Of a DNA stretch of 56,709 bases, positions 1-8,646 are shown in pieces (the first letter of the stretch is position 1; each line of letters opens with the position of its first letter). A program made the position numbers and the translations under genes. The DNA lies in IMG/VR virus record IMGVR_UViG_3300048009_000562, positions 1-56,709 of that record; one strand, written 5' to 3'. The notes under the pieces were generated by a model. That model saw only the letters and a program-made list of their open reading frames with translations. It did no database searches and was not told where the DNA came from. The DNA comes from a virus (taxonomy: Duplodnaviria; Caudoviricetes).

Positions 1-1
1 T

Positions 2-859
2 ATGCCTAGTCACCTTGCTATGCAATTTGTAGAACGTGTAAAAACTGAGATTCACCAAAGACGTATTCCAAGCCAATCAGGCGGGGGTACCAATGTTATA
101 GACAGTAGTTACAACCCGTTAAGTATTAATGAAGATTACTTCTTTCCGCAAACAGCAGAAGGACGTGGTTCTAAAGTAGAAACGTTACCCGGTGGTACAA
201 ATTTAGGAGAAATTGATGACCTTAGATATTTTACTAATAAGCTCGTACGCGGTTTACGAATTCCTAGCTCATACCTGCCTACAGGGGCTGAGGATGCAAG
301 TAGTCAGTACAATGATGGTAGAGTCGGAACAGCATACATTCAAGAATTAAGGTTTAATACTTACTGTGAGCGTTTACAAGGTATGCTCATTGAAGAATTT
401 GACAAAGAATTCAAAAAATACTTGTTAGAAAAGGGTATGAACGTTGATACATCAATGTTTGACCTTATTTTCCAACCACCACAGAACTTTGCATCGTATA
501 GACAAAGCGAAGTTGACAATGCTCGTGTACCAACATATACACAAATGAGTGCTATTCCTTATATTTCGAATAGATTTGCACTAAAACGTTTCTTAGGTAT
601 GACAGAAGAAGAGATTGCTGAGAACGAAAGACTGTGGAGAGAAGAAAATGACGAGAATCTTGAAACACCACCAACAGATGCCGCAGGCGAAATGCGTGGC
701 GGAGGTATTTCAGGAGCAGGTATGGAAGCAGACTTAGGTGGAGTAGAAGATGAAGATACTACTGTACCATCAGAAGATGGTGGAGATGCAACACCGCCAG
801 ATACAACAACAGGAACCGAACTAGGCTCGGGCGCACCAACAACTGACCAAACGGTATAA
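2..859 (+). CDS. gp20: Portal vertex protein, T4 gp20-like (C-terminal part; gene begins upstream of the window)
   Basis: EDYFFPQTAEGRGSKVETLPGGTNLGEIDDLRYFTNKLVRGLRIPSSYL matches the gp20 EDY..P....GRG....TLPGG.NLGE..D..YF..KL...L..P motif. It has an acidic tail and lies upstream of protease, scaffold and capsid. Confidence 0.93.
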   Translation: MPSHLAMQFVERVKTEIHQRRIPSQSGGGTNVIDSSYNPLSINEDYFFPQTAEGRGSKVETLPGGTNLGEIDDLRYFTNKLVRGLRIPSSYLPTGAEDASSQYNDGRVGTAYIQELRFNTYCERLQGMLIEEFDKEFKKYLLEKGMNVDTSMFDLIFQPPQNFASYRQSEVDNARVPTYTQMSAIPYISNRFALKRFLGMTEEEIAENERLWREENDENLETPPTDAAGEMRGGGISGAGMEADLGGVEDEDTTVPSEDGGDATPPDTTTGTELGSGAPTTDQTV

Positions 860-862
860 ATA
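855..862 (+). promoter_or_regulatory. T4-type late promoter (TATAAATA)
   Basis: Exact TATAAATA overlapping the portal stop codon, just before ORF 867. Confidence 0.7.
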
Positions 863-866
863 CAAT

Positions 867-1115
867 ATGATACTTAGAGAATTATTTTATTTTGATAGAG
901 AAACACTTGAGCCTGTAGAGGATAAAGTCTACGAGCCTGAGCATGATCAATCTCCAATCAAAGCATCCGACACAAGAAAAACTAGACTAACACTAGGTCA
1001 AATCAATAGAATAAGAAAAGCATCAGAAACACATCACGAAGAAATGCAAAATGAATTAGATTTTGTACGTCAAATGTATGGTATAGCATCGCAAGCGGAG
1101 GCCGGCGGTGTTTAA
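867..1115 (+). CDS. Small hypothetical head-module protein
   Basis: 82-aa ORF tightly packed between the portal and the next gene, preceded by a late promoter box. Confidence 0.75.
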   Translation: MILRELFYFDRETLEPVEDKVYEPEHDQSPIKASDTRKTRLTLGQINRIRKASETHHEEMQNELDFVRQMYGIASQAEAGGV

Positions 1116-1117
1116 TA

Positions 1118-1837
1118 ATGGCCAAAATTGATAAGTCTCTTTATACAAAAGAAGAATGGCTAGTAATACGCAACAGACGTAGACTAGATAAACAACTCAA
1201 AAAACAAAAACAACAAATAACACAGTCTATGAAGAACAAAGACACTAAAACTGCCTTTGTATTAGGCAATGGTGTAAGTAGAGCTTCTATAGATCCAGAG
1301 CAATTAGCAAAATTAGGTGCAACCTACGGATGTAATGCATTATATAGAACGTTTGCTCCGGATTATCTTATTGCTGTAGATGTAAAAATGATATTAGAGA
1401 TATCTAGAAGTGGTTATCCTGATAGAAACACTGTTTGGACTAATCATAACAAAGCATACACTGAATTAAAGAACATTAATTACTTTCAACCTAGCAAAGG
1501 ATGGTCAAGTGGTCCTACAGCATTATGGTTAGCGGCTGAACACGGTTATGATAATATCTATATTTTAGGATTTGATTATAAAGGTTTAGATGACCATAGT
1601 AAATTTAATAATCTATATGCTGACACTAAAAATTACAAAAGAAGCAACGAAGGCGCCACATTCTACGGTAATTGGCTAAGACAAACCAAAACAGTTATAA
1701 GAGATAATAAGCAAACTAACTTTACTAGAGTTATAGCACCAGATAATTATCAGCCAATTGAACTAAATAATTTTGAGAACTTTAATACAATAGAGCTTGG
1801 AAATTTCCAAGAAATCTTCCAAATCTCGCAATTCTAG
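1118..1837 (+). CDS. Maf/DUF115 (sialyltransferase-like fold) glycosyltransferase-like protein with basic N-terminal extension
   Basis: Motifs AFVLGNGVS, YGCNALYR, PDYLIAVD, SSGPTALWLA and IYILGFD are typical of DUF115/Maf/GT29-like nucleotide-sugar transferases. Confidence 0.65.
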   Translation: MAKIDKSLYTKEEWLVIRNRRRLDKQLKKQKQQITQSMKNKDTKTAFVLGNGVSRASIDPEQLAKLGATYGCNALYRTFAPDYLIAVDVKMILEISRSGYPDRNTVWTNHNKAYTELKNINYFQPSKGWSSGPTALWLAAEHGYDNIYILGFDYKGLDDHSKFNNLYADTKNYKRSNEGATFYGNWLRQTKTVIRDNKQTNFTRVIAPDNYQPIELNNFENFNTIELGNFQEIFQISQF

Positions 1838-1879
1838 CGAAAATGGCTCGTTTTGAGCCTATTTGTACATACATTTCCG

Positions 1880-1895
1880 TATAAATAGTAAATAC
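1880..1895 (+). promoter_or_regulatory. Late promoter (TATAAATA followed by a second GTAAATAC box)
   Basis: TATAAATA at 1880-1887 in the intergenic region. An AGGAG RBS precedes ATG 1941. Confidence 0.75.
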
Positions 1896-1940
1896 AAATG
1901 ACAGCCTTACCATAGGTAAAACTTTTATAGGAGAAACGAA

Positions 1941-2942
1941 ATGGCAGATAAAAATAAGTTCGAAGAAATGCTCGAGCGTCTTGTTAATGAAGACAAAGCC
2001 GGTGCAGAAGAACTATTCCACGAAATTGTTGTAGAGAAGTCAAGAGACATCTACGCAAATCTAATTGAATCAGATATTGAAATTGAAGAAGAAGACAAAG
2101 AAGTCGAAGAAACAACTGACGAAGAAGTTGATGAAGCTACTGACGAAGAAGTAGATGAGTCAAGTGATGAAGAAGTTGATGAGTCAAGCGACGAAGAAGT
2201 AGACGAAAACTTTGATCTAGACGAATTTGAAGTTGAAGGCGAACCAGAAATTGGTGGCGATGCTGGAGACGACATGTTAGGTGACATCGAAATGGGTGGC
2301 GACGAAGAAGGTGAAGAAGGCGAAGAAGAGCTTGAAGACCGTGTTGTTGACTTAGAAGACGCACTTGACGACCTAAAAGCAGAATTTGAAAAAATGATGG
2401 GTGACGAAGAAGGCGAAGGCGATGACGAAGAAGGTGAAGAAGCACCTGAAGAAGAAGCGTTTGCGTTTGAAGCAACTGATGAAGAAGTAGACGAAGCAAC
2501 TGATGAAGAAGTTGACGAAGCTGCTGATGAAGAAGTTGACGAAGCTTCAGAAGAAGAAGTAGACGAGTCTACATCACAAAAATCAGACAGAGAACAAATG
2601 CGTGAGTACGTTGACAAAGTAGCAAGCGGACACGGCGCAGAAAAGAAAGGCACAGGCGACAATGGAGACGGCGGAAAGTCACCAGTAGCAAGTGCAAATA
2701 ACATGGGTGGTACTTCAGCTAACATCGTAAAAGGTGGAGAAGCAGGAAGTGGTGACCATGCTGGTCTAGGCGAACTGAACGCAAAAGACCAAGACGGCGG
2801 AAACATCAATGTACCAGGCGGTAAAGCGTCTAAAGCTGGTAAATCAGAACCAGGTCACGGTGCAGAGAAAAAAGGGAAGCCAGAACAAGCCGATAAGGGT
2901 GCAGGTTCACCACTAAACGGCGCTCCTAAAAGAGCAAAATAA
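1941..2942 (+). CDS. Highly acidic prohead core / internal scaffold-like protein (positional analogue of T4 gp67/gp68)
   Basis: Very E/D-rich with DEEVDE repeats. It sits between portal and prohead protease and has a strong RBS. Confidence 0.65.
   Translation: MADKNKFEEMLERLVNEDKAGAEELFHEIVVEKSRDIYANLIESDIEIEEEDKEVEETTDEEVDEATDEEVDESSDEEVDESSDEEVDENFDLDEFEVEGEPEIGGDAGDDMLGDIEMGGDEEGEEGEEELEDRVVDLEDALDDLKAEFEKMMGDEEGEGDDEEGEEAPEEEAFAFEATDEEVDEATDEEVDEAADEEVDEASEEEVDESTSQKSDREQMREYVDKVASGHGAEKKGTGDNGDGGKSPVASANNMGGTSANIVKGGEAGSGDHAGLGELNAKDQDGGNINVPGGKASKAGKSEPGHGAEKKGKPEQADKGAGSPLNGAPKRAK
2116..2570 (+). repeat. Two blocks of 24-nt (8-aa, DEEVDE[A/S][T/S/A]) coding tandem repeats
   Basis: Units like ctgacgaagaagttgatgaagcta occur at about 2116-2207 and 2470-2570. 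Confidence 0.85.
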
Positions 2943-2951
2943 GGAAACTGA

Positions 2952-3587
2952 ATGCAAAACTTTCTAAGAGAGCATCTGACATTTGACCAAGCTAACATGG
3001 TCGTTGAGTCTGCTGAAAATTCCAATGGAGGAAAAGACTTATACCTAAAAGGTATTTGTATACAAGGCGGGGTGCGTAATGCTAACCAACGTGTATATCC
3101 TGTAGAAGAAATTGGCAGGGCTGTCAAAACTCTTAATGACCAAATCCAGGGAGGATATAGTGTTCTTGGAGAAGTTGATCATCCAGAAGGACTTAACATT
3201 AACTTAGACCGTGTATCACACATGATTACTGAAACGTGGATGGACGGACCTAATGGTTATGGTAAATTAAAAGTATTACCAACCCCAATGGGGCAACTAG
3301 TGCAAACAATGCTGGAAAGCGGAGTTAAACTAGGTGTCTCATCTAGGGGATCTGGTAACGTATCAGAAGACGGAAGCGGAAACGTTTCCGACTTTGAAAT
3401 TATTACAGTGGACGTAGTTGCACAACCTAGTGCTCCTGGAGCGTACCCAACGCCAATATACGAACACTTGATGAACACCCGCGGAGGGTACCAGGCATAC
3501 GAACTAGCACAGGCAACTAAAGAAGACCATAAGGCACAAAAATATTTAAAAGAGAGCTTATTAGGAATAATAAGCGGGCTCCGATAA
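2952..3587 (+). CDS. gp21: Prohead core protease, T4 gp21-like
   Basis: LYLKGICIQGGVRNANQRVY, GEVDHP, VSH, LGVSSRGSG and DVVAQPSAPGA are gp21 family motifs, including the catalytic His/Ser regions. Confidence 0.96.
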   Translation: MQNFLREHLTFDQANMVVESAENSNGGKDLYLKGICIQGGVRNANQRVYPVEEIGRAVKTLNDQIQGGYSVLGEVDHPEGLNINLDRVSHMITETWMDGPNGYGKLKVLPTPMGQLVQTMLESGVKLGVSSRGSGNVSEDGSGNVSDFEIITVDVVAQPSAPGAYPTPIYEHLMNTRGGYQAYELAQATKEDHKAQKYLKESLLGIISGLR

Positions 3588-3603
3588 CTGAGGAGAATAT
3601 AAT

Positions 3604-4698
3604 ATGTTGGAAGCATTAAAATCACTCTTCGAGAGCAGCGCACTTTCAGAAGAAGTAAAAGCAGAAATACAAACGGCTTGGGACGCGAAGATCACTGAGA
3701 ATCGCCAACAAGTTACCGCTGAACTTCGTGAAGAATTTGCAAAGAAGTACGAACACGACAAGTCAACAATGGTGGAAGCCATTGATAGCATGTTATCTGA
3801 AAGATTAGCAGAAGAAATTGCTGAATTTTCAGAAGATCGTAAACAACTTGCAGAAGCTAAAGCAAAATATGCCATTGCAATGCGTGAAAACGCAGAGCTA
3901 ATGAAAGATTTTGTTTTAAATCAACTTTCAAAAGAAGTTGGTGAACTACACGAAGACAAGAAAGCAATGGCATCTAAGTATGCACAGCTTGAGGAATTTG
4001 TAGTTGAAGCTCTTTCATCTGAGATTGCAGAGTTCTATGAAGATAAGAAAGATTTAGCAGAAACAAAAGTACGTTTAGTACGTGAAGCTAAAGAACACTT
4101 CAAGAAAGTTAAAACTAACTTTGTTGAAAGAAGTGCTACGGCAGTATCAGAAACTGTTGATAAAGTTCTCAAAGGAGAAATTAGTCAACTTAAAGAAGAT
4201 ATTGAAGAAGCACGAAGAAACGATTTTGGTCGCAAAATATTTGAATCATTCAGCAATGAATATGCAAATAGCTACCTAAATGAAAAAAGCGAAAGTGCTA
4301 AGTTACTTAAAGTTATTGACCTTAAAGACCAACAACTTCAAGAAGCAAAAGCATTTGCTACTAAAGCTAAAACATTAGCAGAAGCTCAGGCAACTGAGAA
4401 GAAGCAATTAGTTGAAGCAGCAAACCGTGAAAAGATCATGCGCGATCTAATTGCTCCATTGAGCAGAGATCAGCAAGAGATTATGACAGACTTACTGGAA
4501 AGTGTACAAACCACTAGATTACAAAAATCTTTTGACAAGTACCTACCATCAGTTATTGATGGCCAGACTCCAGCAAAGCGTAAGGCAATATTATCAGAAG
4601 GCACAGAAGTAACAGGCAACAGAGAAAAAACAACGACACATGTCAAAGCAGACGAATCAAATGTACTTGATATACGCCGTCTTGCTGGATTAAATTAA
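3604..4698 (+). CDS. gp22: Prohead core scaffold protein, T4 gp22-like
   Basis: Long E/K/A-rich coiled-coil between protease and capsid, with a GRKIFE motif and many L-x-E sites. Confidence 0.85.
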   Translation: MLEALKSLFESSALSEEVKAEIQTAWDAKITENRQQVTAELREEFAKKYEHDKSTMVEAIDSMLSERLAEEIAEFSEDRKQLAEAKAKYAIAMRENAELMKDFVLNQLSKEVGELHEDKKAMASKYAQLEEFVVEALSSEIAEFYEDKKDLAETKVRLVREAKEHFKKVKTNFVERSATAVSETVDKVLKGEISQLKEDIEEARRNDFGRKIFESFSNEYANSYLNEKSESAKLLKVIDLKDQQLQEAKAFATKAKTLAEAQATEKKQLVEAANREKIMRDLIAPLSRDQQEIMTDLLESVQTTRLQKSFDKYLPSVIDGQTPAKRKAILSEGTEVTGNREKTTTHVKADESNVLDIRRLAGLN

Positions 4699-4705
4699 GG
4701 AGAAA

Positions 4706-5884
4706 ATGATGTCAGAACTATTAGAAAGTCGCTGGACAGAAACCAAAGATGCTCTTCTTGAAGGCCTAGACGGTAACAAGAAAAGCGTAATGGCTGCCAC
4801 ACTAGAAAACACTCGCAAGTATTTGTCTGAGAGTGCAACAGCTGGAGCAACATCAGCTGGTAACGTAGCAACACTTAACCGTGTTATCCTACCAGTTATC
4901 AGACGTGTTATGCCAACTGTTATTGCTAACGAGCTAGTTGGTGTACAACCAATGACTGGCCCAGTTGGTCAAATTCACACGTTACGTGTACGTTACGCAG
5001 AAGGCTTTGATAGCACAAACGGAACAGACACAACAGCTGGTGAAGAGGCGTTAAGCCCATTCAAGATTGCTGAAGGCTATTCAGGCGCAGCGGACGATAA
5101 AGCAGCTACTACAGCAGCTTTAGAAGGCCAAGCTGGACGTAAGTTAAGCATTCAAATCTTGAAGCAAACTGTAGAAGCGAAGTCAAGAAAGCTATCAGCT
5201 CGCTGGACTTTTGAAGCTGCACAGGATGCACAATCAATGCACGGTATTGACGTTGAAGCAGAAATTATGGCTGCTTTAGCACAAGAAATTACCGCTGAGA
5301 TTGATCAGGAAGTTTTAGCAAGCCTATCTAGCCTAGCTGGTAATGCCGCTGAAACATATGACCAAGCTGCTGTATCAGGTACAGCTACATTCGTTGGTGA
5401 CGAGCATGCTGCATTAGCTGTTCAGATCAACCGTGTTGCTAACTTGATTGCACAGCGTACACGTAGAGGCGCAGGTAACTACGCCGTAGTTAGCCCATTT
5501 GCGTTAACAATTCTACAAAGTGCAACAACTTCAGCGTTCGCAAGAACAACTGAAGGTACATTCGAAGCACCAACTAACACTAAGATGGTTGGTACATTGA
5601 ATAATGCAATGAAAGTGTACGTTAACACTTACTCAGCAGATGGTGCTGATGTACTTGTTGGTTACAAAGGCGCAAGCGAATCAGACGCACCAGCGTTTTA
5701 TTGCCCATACATTCCATTGATGTCAAGTGGTGTTGTATTAGATCCATCAACATTCGAACCTACCGTATCATTTATGACACGTTATGGTTATGTTGAATTG
5801 TCTAACACAGCTTCATCGCTTGGTAACGCAGCTGATTACTTAGGTAAAGTTGCAATTACTAATGGTAATGTTAGCTTTAGCTAA
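4706..5884 (+). CDS. gp23: Major capsid protein, T4 gp23-like
   Basis: RRVMPTVIANELVGVQPMTGPVGQI, AKSRKLSARWTFEAAQD, HGIDVEAE, FYCPYIPL and MTRYG. A probable maturation site lies at YLSE|SAT. Confidence 0.98.
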   Translation: MMSELLESRWTETKDALLEGLDGNKKSVMAATLENTRKYLSESATAGATSAGNVATLNRVILPVIRRVMPTVIANELVGVQPMTGPVGQIHTLRVRYAEGFDSTNGTDTTAGEEALSPFKIAEGYSGAADDKAATTAALEGQAGRKLSIQILKQTVEAKSRKLSARWTFEAAQDAQSMHGIDVEAEIMAALAQEITAEIDQEVLASLSSLAGNAAETYDQAAVSGTATFVGDEHAALAVQINRVANLIAQRTRRGAGNYAVVSPFALTILQSATTSAFARTTEGTFEAPTNTKMVGTLNNAMKVYVNTYSADGADVLVGYKGASESDAPAFYCPYIPLMSSGVVLDPSTFEPTVSFMTRYGYVELSNTASSLGNAADYLGKVAITNGNVSFS

Positions 5885-5900
5885 GTTTTTATAAACTGAG

Positions 5901-5929
5901 AAAATAGGACCTTCGGGTCCTATTTTTTT
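5901..5929 (+). terminator. Rho-independent terminator after the capsid gene
   Basis: AAAATAGGACC-TTCG-GGTCCTATTTT followed by more T: a perfect stem with a cUUCGg tetraloop. Confidence 0.93.
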
Positions 5930-5944
5930 GACTAAATAATTTTA

Positions 5945-6000
5945 GTATAGTCCGCTTTAGAGACTCGCATAGGTTCATGCGTTAAAAGAATCGTATATCT
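5945..6000 (+). ncRNA. Candidate structured leader RNA (two hairpins plus H-type pseudoknot) upstream of the YRGV peptide
   Basis: AGTC(5949-52)/GACT(5962-65) and CGCAT(5966-70)/ATGCG(5977-81) pair. Loop GGTTC(5972-76) is complementary to GAATC(5988-92) across an A-rich linker. A TAAATA box lies at 5933-38. Confidence 0.4.
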
Positions 6001-6020
6001 GTTATTATAGGAGAAATACG

Positions 6021-6083
6021 ATGACTAAAGAACTAACCTTTATATATCGCGGTGTTAAGTATGTTAAAACCGTAAGAGTATAA
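6021..6083 (+). CDS. 20-aa micro-peptide MTKELTFIYRGVKYVKTVRV (DUF4278-like YRGV peptide); absent from the supplied ORF track
   Basis: Hand translation, with AGGAG RBS at 6009-6013, a YRGVKY motif and a terminator immediately downstream. Confidence 0.75.
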   Translation: MTKELTFIYRGVKYVKTVRV

Positions 6084-6090
6084 TTCACGT

Positions 6091-6111
6091 AGGACAAGGA
6101 TGTCCTTTTTT
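6091..6111 (+). terminator. Rho-independent terminator after the micro-peptide
   Basis: AGGACA-AGGA-TGTCCT followed by a T run. Confidence 0.7.
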
Positions 6112-6123
6112 CAAATCTGTTTT

Positions 6124-6136
6124 GATAAATACTATT
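6124..6136 (+). promoter_or_regulatory. Late promoter variant GATAAATACTATT
   Basis: The identical 13-mer also occurs at 14660, and GATAAATACTA occurs at 46867. Confidence 0.65.
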
Positions 6137-6142
6137 GTCAAA

Positions 6143-6210
6143 TAGTGTGCCGCAAGGCGGACTTATGCTGTTTAACCCACAGCGTACCGGATAGAACCCG
6201 GATAGGACTA
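6143..6210 (+). ncRNA. Candidate structured 5' leader RNA (three hairpins)
   Basis: GCC-GCAA-GGC (GNRA loop), TATGCTGT/ACAGCGTA and CCGG/CCGG stems, possibly closed by TAGT/ACTA. It is GC-rich within an AT-rich intergenic region. Confidence 0.5.
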
Positions 6211-6229
6211 CTTATATAGGAGAAAAAAA

Positions 6230-6682
6230 ATGGGAAGACCAATTAACAAAAGATTTTTTGGACCAGCTACTGCAGGTGGTAATGAAATCAAAGTAGACTT
6301 TTATAACGGTGCAGCCGTTGTTGAAGGCTATATCGTAAAGCAATTAGGATCTAAAAAGTTTCGTGTAGCGGCTATCGGTACACCAGCAACAACTTACGAT
6401 CGTGTATTAACAACTGGTAAACTACCAGCTACGCTAACTGGCACAGAAATGGCTATTAGTGTAAAAGGTGATGACGGTGAAACTTACGGAGTTAGTAAAA
6501 TTTCAGGACGTAAGGCAACTATCGTTGCTCCAAATGCAACAGGTGCAAACGCATTAGACGGACAGTCAATTGCATGGAACTTTAGCACAAGCGCAGTTGA
6601 TGGTGCTGTTGAAATCGAAGAAGCTGGTGATGATGATACATTAATCGGCGTAGACGATACAGACTTCACTGAAGACGCATAA
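6230..6682 (+). CDS. Hypothetical virion protein (possible head-associated fibre base or decoration)
   Basis: Strong RBS and own late promoter; first gene of the fibre cluster after the capsid; beta-rich sequence. Confidence 0.6.
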   Translation: MGRPINKRFFGPATAGGNEIKVDFYNGAAVVEGYIVKQLGSKKFRVAAIGTPATTYDRVLTTGKLPATLTGTEMAISVKGDDGETYGVSKISGRKATIVAPNATGANALDGQSIAWNFSTSAVDGAVEIEEAGDDDTLIGVDDTDFTEDA

Positions 6683-6692
6683 GGAATAACTT

Positions 6693-7706
6693 ATGGACAA
6701 GTATTTAAGAGTAGCAGACGGAAACTATAGAGTATCTGTTAAAAGCGGTGGTAGAATTACACTAGACACAGGAACGGAAGTTGGTGACGTTTATGTTACT
6801 GGCAACCTTGTTGTAGAAGGAACGCAAACTACTCTTGATACTGTTAATACAACAGTTGAAGACAACATAATTGTACTAAACAAAGGCGAAACCGGGAACG
6901 GCATCACTAGAGATGGCGCTTCCGGTATTCGTGTTGACAGAGGCACAATAGAAGACGGCCAATGGGTATTTGTTGAAAGTTTAAACTGGACAGATACACA
7001 AAATAGTGGCACTACAGACTTAGGTGCATGGAGTGTAAGATCTCCAAGTGGTAGAGTTGGTGGTATTGAAACTGTTAGTATTGTTACTCCGGGTGTTGAT
7101 TTAAATTTAATGGGTCAATACAATTTATCAGGTAACGTAACACCTAACCCTGGTATGTTAACTGTTAAAGGAACATTTGAATACGAAACTCGAGTAAGTG
7201 ACGATGATCATATTCCAAACAAAAAATATGTTGACGATACTGTAACAAACTTTTTTGGTACCGTTGTTCCAAACAGAGTTCAAGTAGGCGACACCAAAGT
7301 ACAAGTGTATGATAATAGTGTTGCAGGTCCAAGTAGAGTTGAAGTAGAAATTGACGGTAACTTAATACAAGATATTCGTCCTACATATTCAGATCAATAC
7401 GGAATACGAATTGAGCAAACCCTATACGGTACAGAAATAAAAACACTTGGCACAAGTCAAGAAAATTTAATTTTAAGCGCAACAGGAACAGGACATGTTG
7501 TTGTTGACGATAATTTAAGACTAGGATATACACCGCATGAAGGCGTTGACGGTGTAACAGATCCTGCAGAACCCGACGATGGAATACTACTGTATGCTAA
7601 ACCATCACAGGCGGCAGGTACAGGAATGTATTTCGTTAATGCTGAAAGTCAACGCGATGAGATAATAAGTAAAAACAGAGCACTAGTTTTTAGTATGCTT
7701 TTTTAA
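6693..7706 (+). CDS. Virion structural fibre-like protein
   Basis: VTGNLVVEGTQTTLDTVNTTVEDNIIVLN and IPNKKYVD are fibre-type motifs. The C-terminus is hydrophobic (RALVFSMLF). Confidence 0.65.
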   Translation: MDKYLRVADGNYRVSVKSGGRITLDTGTEVGDVYVTGNLVVEGTQTTLDTVNTTVEDNIIVLNKGETGNGITRDGASGIRVDRGTIEDGQWVFVESLNWTDTQNSGTTDLGAWSVRSPSGRVGGIETVSIVTPGVDLNLMGQYNLSGNVTPNPGMLTVKGTFEYETRVSDDDHIPNKKYVDDTVTNFFGTVVPNRVQVGDTKVQVYDNSVAGPSRVEVEIDGNLIQDIRPTYSDQYGIRIEQTLYGTEIKTLGTSQENLILSATGTGHVVVDDNLRLGYTPHEGVDGVTDPAEPDDGILLYAKPSQAAGTGMYFVNAESQRDEIISKNRALVFSMLF

Positions 7707-7715
7707 GGAAACAAT

Positions 7716-8087
7716 ATGGCAATAGTAAACGAAGCAATTATTGATCAAGGTGGTGGCGACTACAGACACATTATGTTAACTGTGCCAGCAAATAAATCAT
7801 ATGCTATTACAAACATTTTAATATGCAATACGTATGACCCAAGTGCAGCAACTCCAGAGAATGAAACTTGCGAATTTGATTTGCACTTTGTTCCAGCATC
7901 TGGATCATACAGCGATACAGTTACTTCAGTAGTAAGAAGACTGTCATTACCAGCAGGTGAAACATTTACTTTAGACACAGAAAAAGTTGTGTTAGATGCA
8001 GGTGACAGTGTACAAGTTAACGGCGGACCTTCAGCAAGTGGTACAGGTAGACTAGCCTGTACAGTGAGTTATTTGGATATTACATAA
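7716..8087 (+). CDS. Small beta-sandwich virion adaptor (paralogue of 20449 and 34327)
   Basis: The pattern TVPA...I.NI.ICN...LPAGETF..EKVVLDAGDSV is shared with the 109-aa and 106-aa ORFs. Confidence 0.65.
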   Translation: MAIVNEAIIDQGGGDYRHIMLTVPANKSYAITNILICNTYDPSAATPENETCEFDLHFVPASGSYSDTVTSVVRRLSLPAGETFTLDTEKVVLDAGDSVQVNGGPSASGTGRLACTVSYLDIT

Positions 8088-8617
8088 TGAGATTACTCAA
8101 GGCACAAAATACAAATAGAAGAACTATCTATGGTAGAGGTGTACAGTTTGATGTAGATGATCAAGTGTATATGGAATCTACTAATAGTATACGTGTGCCT
8201 AAAGGTACAACAGCAGAACGTCCTGCTAATCCTGAAAATGGACACTTTAGATATAATACAACAGACAATAGATTTGAAGTTTATGAAGCTGGTGTATGGG
8301 CAGGCGTTAGAGGAGCAACACCTGTACTTGTTGGAATTACACAACAAGGTTTAGGTAATGGTGATGCATCAGAAACTGTATTTGGACCATTAGCAAGCGG
8401 AGATGCAGAATTTCCTGTTCCAGCAGCCGCACAAAACGTGTTGGTATTTGTTGAGAACGTATTTCAAATTAGCACAACAAACTACACACTAGAACAGAGC
8501 GTAAGCGGTAATCTTACTGGCCCTAACGCTCCATATGCCGACGGTTGGTATATTAAATTTTCTTCAGCACCAGACTTAGCAAAACCTATTACTGTACTAC
8601 ATAACTTCGACAAGTAA
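8087..8617 (+). CDS. Virion structural protein with P.GTTA.RP...G.FRYN connector motif
   Basis: SIRVPKGTTAERP...GHFRYNTTDNRFEVY, plus an LVFVENVFQ module. Confidence 0.65.
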   Translation: MRLLKAQNTNRRTIYGRGVQFDVDDQVYMESTNSIRVPKGTTAERPANPENGHFRYNTTDNRFEVYEAGVWAGVRGATPVLVGITQQGLGNGDASETVFGPLASGDAEFPVPAAAQNVLVFVENVFQISTTNYTLEQSVSGNLTGPNAPYADGWYIKFSSAPDLAKPITVLHNFDK

Positions 8618-8620
8618 TCC

Positions 8621-8628
8621 AATAAATA
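8621..8628 (+). promoter_or_regulatory. Late promoter variant (AATAAATA)
   Basis: Intergenic box upstream of the AGGAG RBS of ORF 8647. Confidence 0.55.
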
Positions 8629-8646
8629 CAAGTAGGAGAACTTTAA

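Noticed and set aside
2051-2809. 252-aa Ser-rich minus-strand ORF
   Set aside because: It is the antisense shadow of the GAA/GAC-rich acidic gene and has no independent signals.
5945-6000. Canonical glnA or Downstream-peptide glutamine riboswitch, preQ1-I, or SAM-II/V
   Set aside because: I could not find their conserved cores (e.g. CGTTCA...GGAACG), so it is kept only as an unclassified candidate.
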